From: a virus
IMG/VR virus record: IMGVR_UViG_3300033141_005269
Span: 1-64,000 of that record
DNA: 64,000 bases
Direction: 5' to 3' (one strand)
Shown piece after piece: positions 28,797-40,746 of this stretch. The notes below the pieces were generated by a model, which had not been told where the DNA came from, did not search any database, and saw nothing but the letters and a program-made list of their open reading frames with translations. Position 1 is the stretch's first letter; every line of letters starts with the position of its first letter. Made by a program: the position numbers and the translations under genes.

Positions 28797-29503
28797 GCCT
28801 CCGCCTTTTGAATTGATTTAAACGAACCACAGTCCCACCAAACAACGGGTTCGGGGAATACTTGGACTTGATATTCGGGCATGGAAATAATCTGGGGTAT
28901 TACATCCGAGAAGATGTCAAGATGTGGACTGAAAAAGTAAAGAGTCGAATTATTCGCGGCTAGAATGCCAATAGTTGCGAAATAATTATGATTTGGGCAG
29001 AACTTGAAATCGGAAAGCTTTGGCTTTTCATGCATAGAAATAGAGCCGGAAGGCTTCGTCGCAATTACACCAAATGGAACCTGCACATTATCCGAAACCG
29101 CGATAGTCAAATCAGAATTAGTCTCCTTATGAGCTTGCCAGAACTTCGACAAATTTAAATCGGTGATTATATCGCCATAGTAAATCATGAAATCATCCTC
29201 GATTAAGTTTTGTTTGCAAGCATTCCATATTTCCCCAGCTGTTCCCAAGCCACGTGAAACAGAATATGAGATTTCCAGCCCGTATTGTGACCCATCTCGA
29301 AAGAAGGATTTAATGAACTCAGCGTATTTTTCGTTAACGCAAAGGAGCACTCGCTTCCCGCCATGTTTCGCGATATGCTTCATTATGTGCTCGCCAAGCG
29401 GTCGTCCATAAACTGGAATTAAGATTTTTGGCAAAACATTCGAAAGTGGCAAAAGTCGTTTTGCTTCGCCAGCTGCTAGAATGATAACTTGTGGTAAGCT
29501 CAT
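28769..29503 (-). CDS. Sugar-phosphate nucleotidyltransferase
   Basis: ILAAGEAKRLLPL..PK, LGTAG, YGD, HEKP, WWDCG. Confidence 0.9.
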   Translation of the reverse strand: MSLPQVIILAAGEAKRLLPLSNVLPKILIPVYGRPLGEHIMKHIAKHGGKRVLLCVNEKYAEFIKSFFRDGSQYGLEISYSVSRGLGTAGEIWNACKQNLIEDDFMIYYGDIITDLNLSKFWQAHKETNSDLTIAVSDNVQVPFGVIATKPSGSISMHEKPKLSDFKFCPNHNYFATIGILAANNSTLYFFSPHLDIFSDVIPQIISMPEYQVQVFPEPVVWWDCGSFKSIQKAEAWLQSRSRE

Positions 29504-29780
29504 CTTTTATCCACCTCTGGCAAAACTTCTGCGCCTTCAAGTGAATCGAGATCGCGAATTAATGTTTTGCCGTCTTGATGCCAGATTTGATGCCAGATGC
29601 CATCTGAAGTCTGAAAAAGCTTTGTTGTTTGTTCTTTGACTTTATCATAATTTTCATAGTGAAAAGTCTGCTTTGCAATTAAAACCCGTGAGTTAATTAC
29701 TCGAGACAAATTACATCCTCCAAGACTAAAGATGAAAAGTATTTAAATATTACCAATTTGTATAAGAAACTAGAAAATAA

Positions 29781-30296
29781 TTGATGGTAGTTATAGAAAT
29801 GAATGTTAATCCTCGAGATAGAATACCGGAAGAGAAGAGATGCAAGGCAATAAAGAAAGACGGGACAAGATGCAAAAATGCGGTAATGCCCGGATCCGAT
29901 TATTGCTATTCGCACTCAGCGCAAATTCAAAGAATTCATTTGCAGCGCAGTTTGAAAGGCGCTTTTTCATTTAAGTGTAATGATTGCAGTATAAAAGATA
30001 TCTGCCCTTACTACGAGAAAGATGCTATCTGTGGAGTAACATTACCAATTAAGAACGCGAGATTAAAAGACGAAGAAACTTTACTAAGTGTATGGGAAAA
30101 AGTGCTTAAACTAGCTATTCAGAATTATTCGCGAATGCTATGGAAAGAAGAATTAACTGGGAAACCATCGAAAGAAGCTGAGGAACATCTAGTTCGAATA
30201 ACAAAAGCTTTTGATGCTTTTTCGAGAGCACTTGAAAGACATAAAAAGAAAAGAAAAGCAAAAAGCTTCGAAGATATACTGAAAGCCAGGCGTTAA
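29781..30296 (+). CDS. Zn-finger protein, possible terminase small subunit
   Basis: RCKAIKKDGTRCKN..YCYSH plus a second Cys cluster; the TerS role is inference only. Confidence 0.45.
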   Translation: MMVVIEMNVNPRDRIPEEKRCKAIKKDGTRCKNAVMPGSDYCYSHSAQIQRIHLQRSLKGAFSFKCNDCSIKDICPYYEKDAICGVTLPIKNARLKDEETLLSVWEKVLKLAIQNYSRMLWKEELTGKPSKEAEEHLVRITKAFDAFSRALERHKKKRKAKSFEDILKARR

Positions 30297-30343
30297 ACTT
30301 AATATTAGTAAAATTGAAAAACTGTTAGAAAAGCTTTGGATGT

Positions 30344-30493
30344 TTAGCCTCCAAAAACAATCCTCTTATAAGGATTGCGTCGCTGTAGCGCAGTTTGTAT
30401 TTTGTTTAAACACTCGCGACAGTGAGTTCTGGTCGAAGTCGTTTGCACCCAGAATTCCTTACCGCATAGAGAACAAATCCTTTTTTCCTTCAT
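30344..30493 (-). CDS. Small Zn-finger protein, 49 aa
   Basis: Manual translation MKEKRICSLCGKEF...HCRECL; ATGA overlap with the upstream gene. Confidence 0.65.
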   Translation of the reverse strand: MKEKRICSLCGKEFWVQTTSTRTHCRECLNKIQTALQRRNPYKRIVFGG

Positions 30494-30846
30494 TTTTCAT
30501 CTCCAGATAAATTCTCGGAAATTAGAGCGAGTTCAAGCTCCTCATTTATTATTTTTAATTTATTAGCTACTTCCTCAGAGGATTTCGTTTCGAGGTCCTT
30601 TTCGAATAATTCCAAAAGCTCGTTATATTTCGTTGCCCAGGTAGCAGGAGATGACTTAAAGTTTGAACGCAAACTGTAGAATTTTAGAAGTTCCCGTCTG
30701 AAATCCTTCGAGTTTTGAATATGCTTTCGAACAAATTTCCTTAACTCTTGAATATGGCGCGGATCTTCTTCTGATACAAAAAACAAAACGAGTCCTTGCA
30801 TAAGTTCTGTTCTTATCTTAGCTAATCGTTCGCCCATCGAGTCCAT
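30490..30846 (-). CDS. Hypothetical protein
   Basis: Co-oriented ORF. Confidence 0.55.
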   Translation of the reverse strand: MDSMGERLAKIRTELMQGLVLFFVSEEDPRHIQELRKFVRKHIQNSKDFRRELLKFYSLRSNFKSSPATWATKYNELLELFEKDLETKSSEEVANKLKIINEELELALISENLSGDEK

Positions 30847-32128
30847 TTGGCAACTTGACCTCCATAAGAGTCAAAATTGTCGGCGTGATGTCCAATATGC
30901 TAGCTATTTGTTCGCCAGTTTTCGAAGCCGGCGAAACGCAATAAAAACCATTCATATCATGATCTGAGTAATTAAACTGTTGATAACGCCGCGTACCAAT
31001 TCGAACCCAATGAACGAAATATCCAGCTTTAGAATTGGGAAGACAGAGGATATCTGGCATGTATTTCAGATAAGGGCCGGACCAAACTTCATCTTTCCTA
31101 AAAATACCTTCGAAAGGCGAAGCATTAGTTGCTGGATCGAGCTCTGAGTTGAGAATATCGAATAAGGCATCATGAACGCTAGAATTTGTAACCTTATTAT
31201 GAAACCGATCATCATTAATGACTATCGCGCCTTGACCAACTGACCAAGCATACGTTTGGGTGAAATCAATTGAATCCAAGTCGAGATAAACTGGATATGT
31301 GAAGAAAAGCTCCCTAGCTTTGGATTTAAGCTGAATGAAACCCTTTTCGAGAAGCATTGTATTTAAATTAAAAGCTCGAGAAACGGGGTGCATACCATGA
31401 TCACTTGCTATAACAACATATTCCGGCTTAGTCGCTTCAATTAATTCTCCTATCGCATCATCGATTAATTTATGAGCCCAGCGTAAAAGAGGTTCGCCTT
31501 GTTTAAGATGCATCAACTGATGTTGTAGCCGATCGAGTATTAGAAATCCGATAAACGCGAAGTCATAATTATCTCCTCGAAGAAGCTTTAATGCAGTCGA
31601 TTTAATCAGTTGAGTCCGATCAAACCAATAGCGTGCATAGTCTTGCAAGTTATTGAAATCGCGGATATTTTTTTCCCATGGTATAAAACCCCATTTCGCT
31701 AAATCACCTTTAACCACTTCATCGCTTGCCCATTTATCACCTGTCGCGTCATAACTTGCAATTTGCACGCCATTGATTGGTTTAGCTGGGTAGGTCATCG
31801 GTAGATTAAAGACGAGGCATTTAAATCCTTCTCGAGATAGGATATCCCATACTCGATCGCCTACAAGCTTATCAGCCTTATCAAAGAACGTCATGCGGTA
31901 GTCTTGCCCGGTCGAATCGAAGCAAAACGATCGCGATTTACCCGGATTTAGACCTTGAAACATCGCGGGAAAACCAATCGAGGTTGTTGGCGGTGGAACA
32001 GTGCGCAAAATACCGCTTAAACCTTTTGAGCGTAGTTGCCCCAAATTTGGCATATACCGTGAAAATTGTTGAAAAGCAGAAAAGCTCGCAGCGTCAAGCG
32101 CTATAGCTAAGACTTTCATATTGAACAC
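30818..32128 (-). CDS. Alkaline phosphatase superfamily (type I phosphodiesterase-like) protein
   Basis: IALDA, TVPPTT, DRLQH, SDHG, DHDMNG, DITPTIL. Confidence 0.88.
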   Translation of the reverse strand: MFNMKVLAIALDAASFSAFQQFSRYMPNLGQLRSKGLSGILRTVPPPTTSIGFPAMFQGLNPGKSRSFCFDSTGQDYRMTFFDKADKLVGDRVWDILSREGFKCLVFNLPMTYPAKPINGVQIASYDATGDKWASDEVVKGDLAKWGFIPWEKNIRDFNNLQDYARYWFDRTQLIKSTALKLLRGDNYDFAFIGFLILDRLQHQLMHLKQGEPLLRWAHKLIDDAIGELIEATKPEYVVIASDHGMHPVSRAFNLNTMLLEKGFIQLKSKARELFFTYPVYLDLDSIDFTQTYAWSVGQGAIVINDDRFHNKVTNSSVHDALFDILNSELDPATNASPFEGIFRKDEVWSGPYLKYMPDILCLPNSKAGYFVHWVRIGTRRYQQFNYSDHDMNGFYCVSPASKTGEQIASILDITPTILTLMEVKLPNGLDGRTIS

Positions 32129-34847
32129 CTAGAACTCAAAAACATCTTCTGGTTTTACTTTAGGAAATCCGTGAGTTGTAATCGCGAATGCTGCGGCAGT
32201 ATCAAGCTTGGCCATATCTGCTTGGCTAATCCATCTCCCATGTTTGCCTAATTTAGACATTATTTCCTTCGCCTCATCTAGGGTTATGTCATCTATGACT
32301 AAATAACCTTTCATTCGATATTTCCTCCAAAACTATGGACTTTTTCCTTCGGCTTGAAACAAGACTTCGAAAATTGCTTTGGCAACTTCGAGCCTAGTTC
32401 TTCTTTTCCGATTAGCTTTTATTTTAACCTCCTCCGTAAATAGCAATCCCGCCGACAGAGTCTATGACTTCGGGTTTTCGCTTAACCGCGGAAACAAATT
32501 CCTCGAAAGTGCTTCTTCTAAGCGGACAACTATAATCGCAGATTTCCCAAGCCAATGTTTCCCATTCGAGTTCCCCTGTTTTCGCCTTTGTATAAATAAA
32601 TTTTAATGCCTCCTCATAGCTTTCTGCATGGACGACAGCTACGCCGCAGGTATAATCGCACAAAACATTTTTCCAAACAAACATTTTCATTTTGCTAAGT
32701 CCTCTCCGGGTTCACGGCTGCTCGAAGGCGCGGTATTTATTTGATTGCCGAGATAATTGCTGTCCCCTTCCAGCGCCCCGCATCTCCTTCCGAGCAATTG
32801 CCGACCCAGCGGACGCAATTTTTAAAGCCTTTTCAAGTTCAACCTCTATACCTTCCGCATAAACTCCAAGAATTTGAGCGTCCTTGAATTGCCTAAAGTG
32901 GGATAAAACCATCTCCAGATATCCCCGAAGTTTTTCAAGACGATTTTTACAATCCTCTAATTCATCAGCGTATTTAACATCATTTCTTGTTAAATCGGAA
33001 ATATAATCTCTTAATTCCTGGACTTCTTTCTGCGCATCCTCGAGTCGAACCCACTTCTGGTCCAACAGCGGATTATGCACTCCATCTACAGTTTTTGCCC
33101 ATGCTTCTTTCCATAACGCGTAAACTTCTTCGTAAGACTTCGCTTTGTTTTTCAAACTCATCGAGAAACCTCCTTAGCTAATGCCTCGAAAAGTTCTTCA
33201 TGCTTCGCGATATCTTTGCGCAACCAAGCCTCGAGAAACTTTTGCTGAAAGTGAATAAGCAAGCTTTTAATTCGGATCATCCAAATCAACCAGCTGATAA
33301 TCATAACCGAGAATAGCCGTTTCGAGACCAGAAAGAAAGCAACCAAATCGATCGCGAAAATCAAAATGTTCTATCGTCCATCGCTTAGTGTCCGGGTTAT
33401 AATTTGGAATGTAAGTTTGAGCAAGCCAGCTTATCGCGCCTTTTAAATACAATAATCTTTCGAGTATGGAAAGCCTGCGTTTAACAAATTTCAAATTAAT
33501 CTTCCTCCAAGTGATCCCATGGAAACTTCCAACCATGCCGTCGCTTTTCATGCATAAGCAAGCTATGAGCTGCCATGCCGAGTATGAATGAACAAATGCA
33601 CGAAACAATGAAGTTCACAAAATCGATCACTGATTATTCCCCCAAAATGAATAGCGAATTATTCGCTTATATTTGCACTATCTGTTTTGAAAGCTTCCAG
33701 GAGTGCAGGAGACATCCGGACGAAATATCGATTCGGTTTATGATCTTCAAGGTGTACTCGAGAACCATGCTTGCGCGCGAAATTACGAATTTCAGTATAT
33801 TCCGACTTCGTCATCCGAACTACTACTTCTCCGCGTTTATATTTATAAACTTCCAACTTACAACCTCCAAAATAAGGGAAAGATTTTTCGTATATAAACT
33901 ATTCTTCCCTAAGTATTACTTTCAAATTACCTGACAACGGAAGCTTATTTAGTCTCATATAATCACTATTAAGAATAGTTGCTTCAATCGAAAGTCTAGT
34001 CTCCATTGGATCGAATGAAACACTGAGTTCGCGAACAGTTGCCTTAAGATAGATTTTCTTTCCTTTCAGTGCATCAGCTAGCTCCTCAATTTCAATTTCG
34101 TCCAATTATTGCACTTCCCCTTCATCTGGATTAAGTCCAAGCTCCATATCAATTAGAAGAGCGATTTCGAAGGTTAACTTCATCAACCGTCTAAAATCAT
34201 CCCAAGTCCACAGCTTGTTAAGATGCCCGTGGCCAATACCTATTCCCAAATCCTTAAGCTCATTAACTTTTCTTTCGAGTTCTGAGCCTTTTAAACGCTC
34301 TGGAACTTCAATTTCCAAAAGATGATCAGATGCTCTGCTTGCCCAGCTTTCGATTAGCCTTGAAGACTCCCTCGAATTCGAAAGCGATGTTTTGAGAACT
34401 GTCGGGTCCATAAAATGCATTGCAAACTTGACCAAGCAAATAACTAGCCCGCGCCCATATTCTGACGGTGGAATATTTTTAATTGCATCTGCAAGTCGTT
34501 TAGCTTCGAGTGACAAGAATAAACCTCCAAAACTTTGCGAAGGCGAAGTTGTTGATAGGCTTCAGAAGCCGGTAGTTTGTAAGGTTTGCGGAAATCGAGT
34601 AAGACTAAAAATAAAGTAATGAAGATTAGAAGAACTGGCAATATTAATCCCAGCTTTATTCAATTTTTCGCCAGGAAAGCCAAGAATTGAACATCGCGAC
34701 TATTTTTTCATCTTCCCAAATTTTAAGTCTAGACTCCTCATCAACCGTGACCTTACTTATGTTTTCGAAAATTTCTTTGAATAATCTGTCTAGAGCACCC
34801 TCGACAAATACAGCAACTTTCAACCGAAAACACCTCCAAAACGGAGT

Positions 34848-35435
34848 TTAATGCTTGATCATAGCCACACGCTTCCCATCTCCTCGAATAAAACAATAAT
34901 TACAATTTACAAGGCAATGATTGAGCTTAACCGAACAAATGAACCAATTGTCTCGATACTTTTGAACTTCATCCTTTTCGATTATTGTTGCAATATTTCC
35001 TTGTTCTGGAATTAAATTATCCCACTTACTCCAAGTTGAATGAAACAAGATGAAATTTGACGGTAAATTCGAGAAATCGAGAATATGCGCTTTAGTGTAT
35101 GCAAGAAAAGTTACTTCTGGAAGCTGACGTGATATAGAAACCCATTTATCGAGATAAGACTGATTATAGAAATCACCAGAAACATGCACCCTAATGTAAC
35201 GTCCCTTCATCTTCTTAATTTTATTCACCATAAGCTCTGGAAAGTCCTCGCGAAGGGAAAGCTTATAATTGCGCAAACGTGAAGCCAAAACTCCCGGGTA
35301 TAATCGTTCAGCCTTCTTCGCATAACAAATTGAAGCGCATCGGCCCGCGCCAATACAGGTAAGCTTTGTTGGCAAAGACCAAGTTAAGATTTCCTTACTC
35401 AGTTTTAGATTACCACGTCCTAAGAAAAGCGACAA
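34848..35435 (-). CDS. Phage gp88-like Cys-rich protein
   Basis: GNLKL, WSLP..TC..C..CYA, IRVHVSGDFY, AYTK. Confidence 0.7.
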   Translation of the reverse strand: MSLFLGRGNLKLSKEILTWSLPTKLTCIGAGRCASICYAKKAERLYPGVLASRLRNYKLSLREDFPELMVNKIKKMKGRYIRVHVSGDFYNQSYLDKWVSISRQLPEVTFLAYTKAHILDFSNLPSNFILFHSTWSKWDNLIPEQGNIATIIEKDEVQKYRDNWFICSVKLNHCLVNCNYCFIRGDGKRVAMIKH

Positions 35436-36271
35436 AGCAAAGCCTCCAAAAATGGAGTGGTTAGGCGCAACATTTTCGTAGCGCCTCGACGACTTCCTCG
35501 ATAACTTTTTCGAAGTCTGCAGTATATACGGTAAACGATCTCGAACCAGAGTATCTACCATTACTAAATCTGCGAATTGAAACGCTTACATAGTCTGGTC
35601 GCTTGCCTATTATTATTCGCTGAGCTCGTGGCAAAACTTTCCCTCCAAAAATAAAGATTTATCGATGACTTCTCTTTCTTCTTATTGAAGTCATCATTGT
35701 TCGCCTACCCGCCGACCAAGCCTTATTGGGACGGATTCCACTTCTTTTCAGCGAATCAGCAATTTCTTCTATCATCTTATTATACTCGCGCCATTTGGAG
35801 TGGAAATACTTAAAGAGTGCGAATGATGGCCAGATAAGGAATGAAATTGATAGAATGAGACAAGCTAGATACTCACTGAACGATAAGCTAATTAAGCCAA
35901 TGAGATGATCAATCAGTACATACAGCGAAATAGTAAAGCAAATGAAATGAATAATAAGCGAAGAAATTATTATGCTTTCTCGAGTTAATTTCGAGGTTAT
36001 GTCGCGAAGGCAGAACTTCAGGAAATCAAATATCATCCTGATCATTTTTAAAACCCTCCGCTATAGCATGTGGTTCAACTTGTTCTAGAAGATCGCTAAG
36101 AACTTGAAACAGAACCTTTGCGTTAGGAAAGAATAGAACTATTTTCCCAGACTCGCTGGAAAAGTCTATAGTGCAAAAACCCTCATGATTTTCGAAGCGA
36201 ACTGTTTCATCTTCATGATTAGAGTAATAGCAAACCAAAATGCCCAAGATATTTCCTCCAAAATAAAGGGA

Positions 36272-36649
36272 TTATTTGCCAAGAGAACGAGCAATATCTA
36301 GAAGCTCTAGACTAGATTCAACAAACTCCGCGAAAGAACAATCGAGAATCACTTCGCCAAGATCGATTACTCGAATCCGTTGGTTTTTGCAGTCCACCTC
36401 GATGAGACGCCAAATATCACCATGTTGATTGGTACAAATCCCATATCCAGTCTCGCCATCGAGGTCACCGTGAAGCATTTCGCAAAAGATTATCCGGGCT
36501 AAATAACATGAATCGTCCCAACGCGCTCGTCTACTTAAAGCGCGATGGACATCTTCTATTAAATAAGTCGCGCCCCAGTGAGTGTAAAGGTAAACAGCTT
36601 TTGTCTCATCCCAAGAATCAATAATTTTAACTTGTCCGCGATCGCCCAA
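36272..36649 (-). CDS. Phage-type hypothetical protein
   Basis: MGDRGQV...YLYTHWG N-terminus; GGAGG SD. Confidence 0.6.
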   Translation of the reverse strand: MGDRGQVKIIDSWDETKAVYLYTHWGATYLIEDVHRALSRRARWDDSCYLARIIFCEMLHGDLDGETGYGICTNQHGDIWRLIEVDCKNQRIRVIDLGEVILDCSFAEFVESSLELLDIARSLGK

Positions 36650-39600
36650 AATTTACCCTCCAAAACTCGAGTTACTTCAAGAGAGAATCAGAAATCGCAT
36701 GAGCTGATAATAGATTTAAGACACTTTGCTTTGTTTCGCCGTCTAAGAGCATACTTTTAACTTTAAACCAGACACGATATTTCGAAGAAGGAATGAGCTC
36801 CAAGAACTTAAGAAATTCGATATCTTCTTGCGCTTCGAAATTATAAGTCTTCTTTAAATTAACATTTCTACGACCGAAAAGAAATAATTTCACCGCTTCA
36901 GCTTTGTAAGTACTTATCCCGAAACTGGAAAGTGTTCGCCATAAACATGATCCAACAGATGGAACAAATTCATGTCCTTTGACAACGAGATATGTATTTT
37001 CGAAGATTCGACCATGTTTCACAAAGTTTCGAGTTATAATTCGAAATACAACTTCCAAGATTATCACCACCTCAACTAGATAAGGCCTCGGATAAAGCTT
37101 CGAGCTCAAGAAACTCCAAAACGTCTTTCCGGCTTTTATGTTCAACAAATATCATATTGTAAGCTTTGCGCCAAACGCTAAATCGTTGAGCTGAAAATTG
37201 GCTCGCAACTTCTAAAAATCTCTTATCATTATCCGAGAGTTGCGTGGAAAACAAGCCCGCATCATCGACTTCTACTTTCTTGTTATGGAATAAAAAATAT
37301 TTGGCGACGAGATCGCGATAAGATGTATTGCTTTGTTGAATACCAACTGGAAGACCATTCACCCTGCCCACGAAGGCTGTATCCACATATGCATAATATC
37401 CATCATATATGAACTCGAGAGTTATTCTATCCTTCCCCATTTTTTATCAGCTCTAAATCCTTTCTGCAAGCTCGGCAAAGTCCATTCGAAAGATACTGGA
37501 TTGGAACGCGAGCTCCACATCGCCTACACTTTCCCATTGCAACCAAAGAGTTAATTCGCAGAAGAATCGGAACATCAACCAAATGAAAACCTCCAAAACA
37601 ATTGTCTTTAGAAAATCGATAAGCAAGCCATAGATTTACAATGAACAGAACTAGGAAGAAGAAAGCGTCTGCCGCGTTTTCAGCAGTAAAGAAAGCATTT
37701 AAACTTGTTCCCGAACCGAAAGCTACTAAATGGCTCCAGAACTTGTTACTCATTAATCTAATCCTCCAAAATTAACTTTCGCGAAGTGCGTCGATTACTT
37801 GCCACAAAATCCGCTTATCTATGCAGATGTAATCATCATATGGTTTTTTCTCGATAAGTTTTTCAAGATGTCTTGCGAGTGAGCGTTTGCGCATAGAATC
37901 ACCCTAATAATGAGCATTGAAAGGAGTTATGAAAACATCGAGACCTTCATATATGTCATTCATATTTGTTTTTTCTAGTACGCGAGAAAATCTAGATAAT
38001 ACCTTTTCAAGATATGTTCGATTGGTTATTTCAAATCCATCGTTATCGAATAGATAAACGGAATGTGAACAACCGTAACGAGAAAGCTCATGGAATAGAA
38101 ACTGGTTTAAATGTAAGCCTCGAAACATCTTATCATCATTCGTCAAACCAGCGGAGATTTTCTTTAATTCGTTTGGTTCCAATTCGAAAATTTCTTCGTC
38201 GGAAAAGTTCTCAAGAAGTGAACGGATTTCAGAAATCGCGCTTTTAAAGTCTTTCCAAGTAGCATCCATAAGTCGCTCAATCAACTTTTTGCCTTCAGGC
38301 GAATCAGCACGACATACTGTTGGGAGTTTACCCCATCTACTGATCGCGAACTCATCATCAAATGGTATCGCATAATCGAAATGATCTCGCTCGATTAATT
38401 CCTCAATTACGTTATTAGCCTTGCGAAAAGCTTCATCTTCATTCGAAGCATATGTTATTACACCAATGAGCATATGCAAAAGCTTCCCTCCAAAACTTAA
38501 GCATCGACCCATCCAAGAATTTGACGTTTAACAAGCTTGCCATTATCATAGATTAGACGTTCGCCGTCCATGCTTTCTTCTCCAAAGTATTTCAATTCGA
38601 TGTCGCATTCGAGTTGTTGTGAAATGTCTTTTAGCCCGAAACCTTCGAAAATTCCATCGCCATCGTAAAACGATTTCCCCACTACAACCAAAGTTAACGA
38701 GGCATTTCCTCGAATTATGGAGAATTCAAAATTATTCTCAAAGAACGAGATAAGTTTCGGAAAGGACATATTTAAAGCAATCCAGATTGAATTAGGATCG
38801 AATCCCTTCTTCGCGAAGGTTATCGAAACTTCTTGATAATAGCCCATGTTTAATCATCCTTTAGTTTATTGGCAAGGTAAGATGAAACGAAAGAATCGGA
38901 TAAAATCCCAAGAGACTCAAAGATTTGTGAAGAATAACCATATACCGCGAAAAGCTCCTTGCAGAGGATACAGGCATAGAAACGAACCATTACTGTATTG
39001 AGTATGCTATTATCCACTGTTTCGTCCCAAACTTTCTTTTTAACTCCATGTTTTTCCGTGAAGAAACCTTGGTTTCGCGAAAACTTTCCACTAGCAATGA
39101 GAACTAATCGCTGCCCGCACTTGTGACAATAAACACCTGACATGAAAAACCTCCAAAACATTGTCTAGAAATAAGCCATGTAATCGGTTTCAATAAAGCG
39201 AGCTAAGATGCCTTTGGAACGTAAGAAATCATACCACTTATCACTATCATAGTCAAAAGCCATGTTACGTCTAAACTCCATAAGCAAATCTTGAACTTTA
39301 TTCTTTGGAGCCCAAATTTCCATCAAGAAATTTTGACCGGATTTGCTGCCACAAAGGAATTGATAGATATATGAACGCTCGCCTTTTAGTCTAGCTGCTA
39401 ATATCTCCTCCTCGCTCATTGCCTTTCAACCCTTGAGTTATCATAATTGGTGCGAAGAAACTTTCGAGTTCTTCGACTTTATTTTTTAAATTGGCTAACT
39501 CGTTCTGTTTTTCATCTATTAAGAGCTTGAATGTGTAAATTAAACTCGAAAGGTTTTCATAGATATTTAAAATATTTCCTATCGTGAGCTTAATACCTTC

Positions 39601-40746
39601 GACTTCCCAGCTATTATAGGACAACCTTCTAAAGTTATGATTCGGAAATGGTTTTGGATGATAGCTTTCGAGAAAATTATTCATCAACCTAATGAGTTTT
39701 ACTAATTGAGAATAGATTTCGATGAAGTCATCCAAATGCTTTAACCTCCAAAAAGCTCAGCGTCCTAAATTTTTCGCGAGAACTTGATATTGTAGAGATG
39801 AAAGCTTATCACAGTATTTCTGAACTTCTGGATTATCCTTAAAGTATTCGCGAATGCCGTTTAGAACATCTTCTGAAGGGAGTGTTGGACGCCTTTGCCT
39901 GCAGAGTGAATTATAAACACTTCGAAGGATTTTCACTATTGAGTTAGTCCCATCTTTCATTAAACGAGCGAATAAAGTCGAATTAGTGTATATAGAAGTG
40001 AGTGAAATCAGTTTTGCTATGTCAAGATATATGAGCTTTCCGGATTCGATGAGTTCGAGGAATTTAAGAATTGAAGTTTGGTACCCGCAGAATATCCAAG
40101 AACCTTGAATGACTAATCCGTAACTTGTTTCATAAGCTGATGTGTAAAATTTCAAAGAGATTGGAATGTCGTTGATTGTAAAGGAAATACCATTGTAATG
40201 AATTTCATCTATATCGATAGTAACCAAAAACAGAACCTCCAAAACGTAAGTTTAAGTTAATTTCCCCGCAACTATTTCAGCCCATAAATCAGCTAATTTT
40301 GGATGCTCGAGTATCAAATCTCGAAACCGAAAAAGTTCTCTATTTTCTTCTTCCAGCTCCTCGATTCTGTCTTCTGCGGCTTCGAGTTCGCTTTCGAGCT
40401 CCTCGCAATGTCTTTGTAAGTCTTTGAAACACTCACCGCATACAACAGCATCTTTTATCTCATATCCGCAATTATCACACCAAATTTTAACTTCAACGTC
40501 CAATTATTTCAACGCTCCGTAATTTCTGAGAGTTTGGAAACTAATCGTCCAAGAAGCGGGACGTCGAATAACCAGTCAGCTAAATAGAACCCAAATGAAT
40601 TACTGCGAAGCTTCAGTAATATGAAATGAAAGATGCAAACTCTAAACCAGCTGTTTTCAGTAAAAGCTTCAGCGAATGCTGGGAGATTGCATAAATCGCA
40701 TTGCCAATATCGAGTAAACATTTGATTTGCCTCCAAAAAGAAGGAG

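Noticed and set aside
30340-30490. Apparent intergenic structured RNA
   Set aside because: Explained by a 49-aa Zn-finger ORF.
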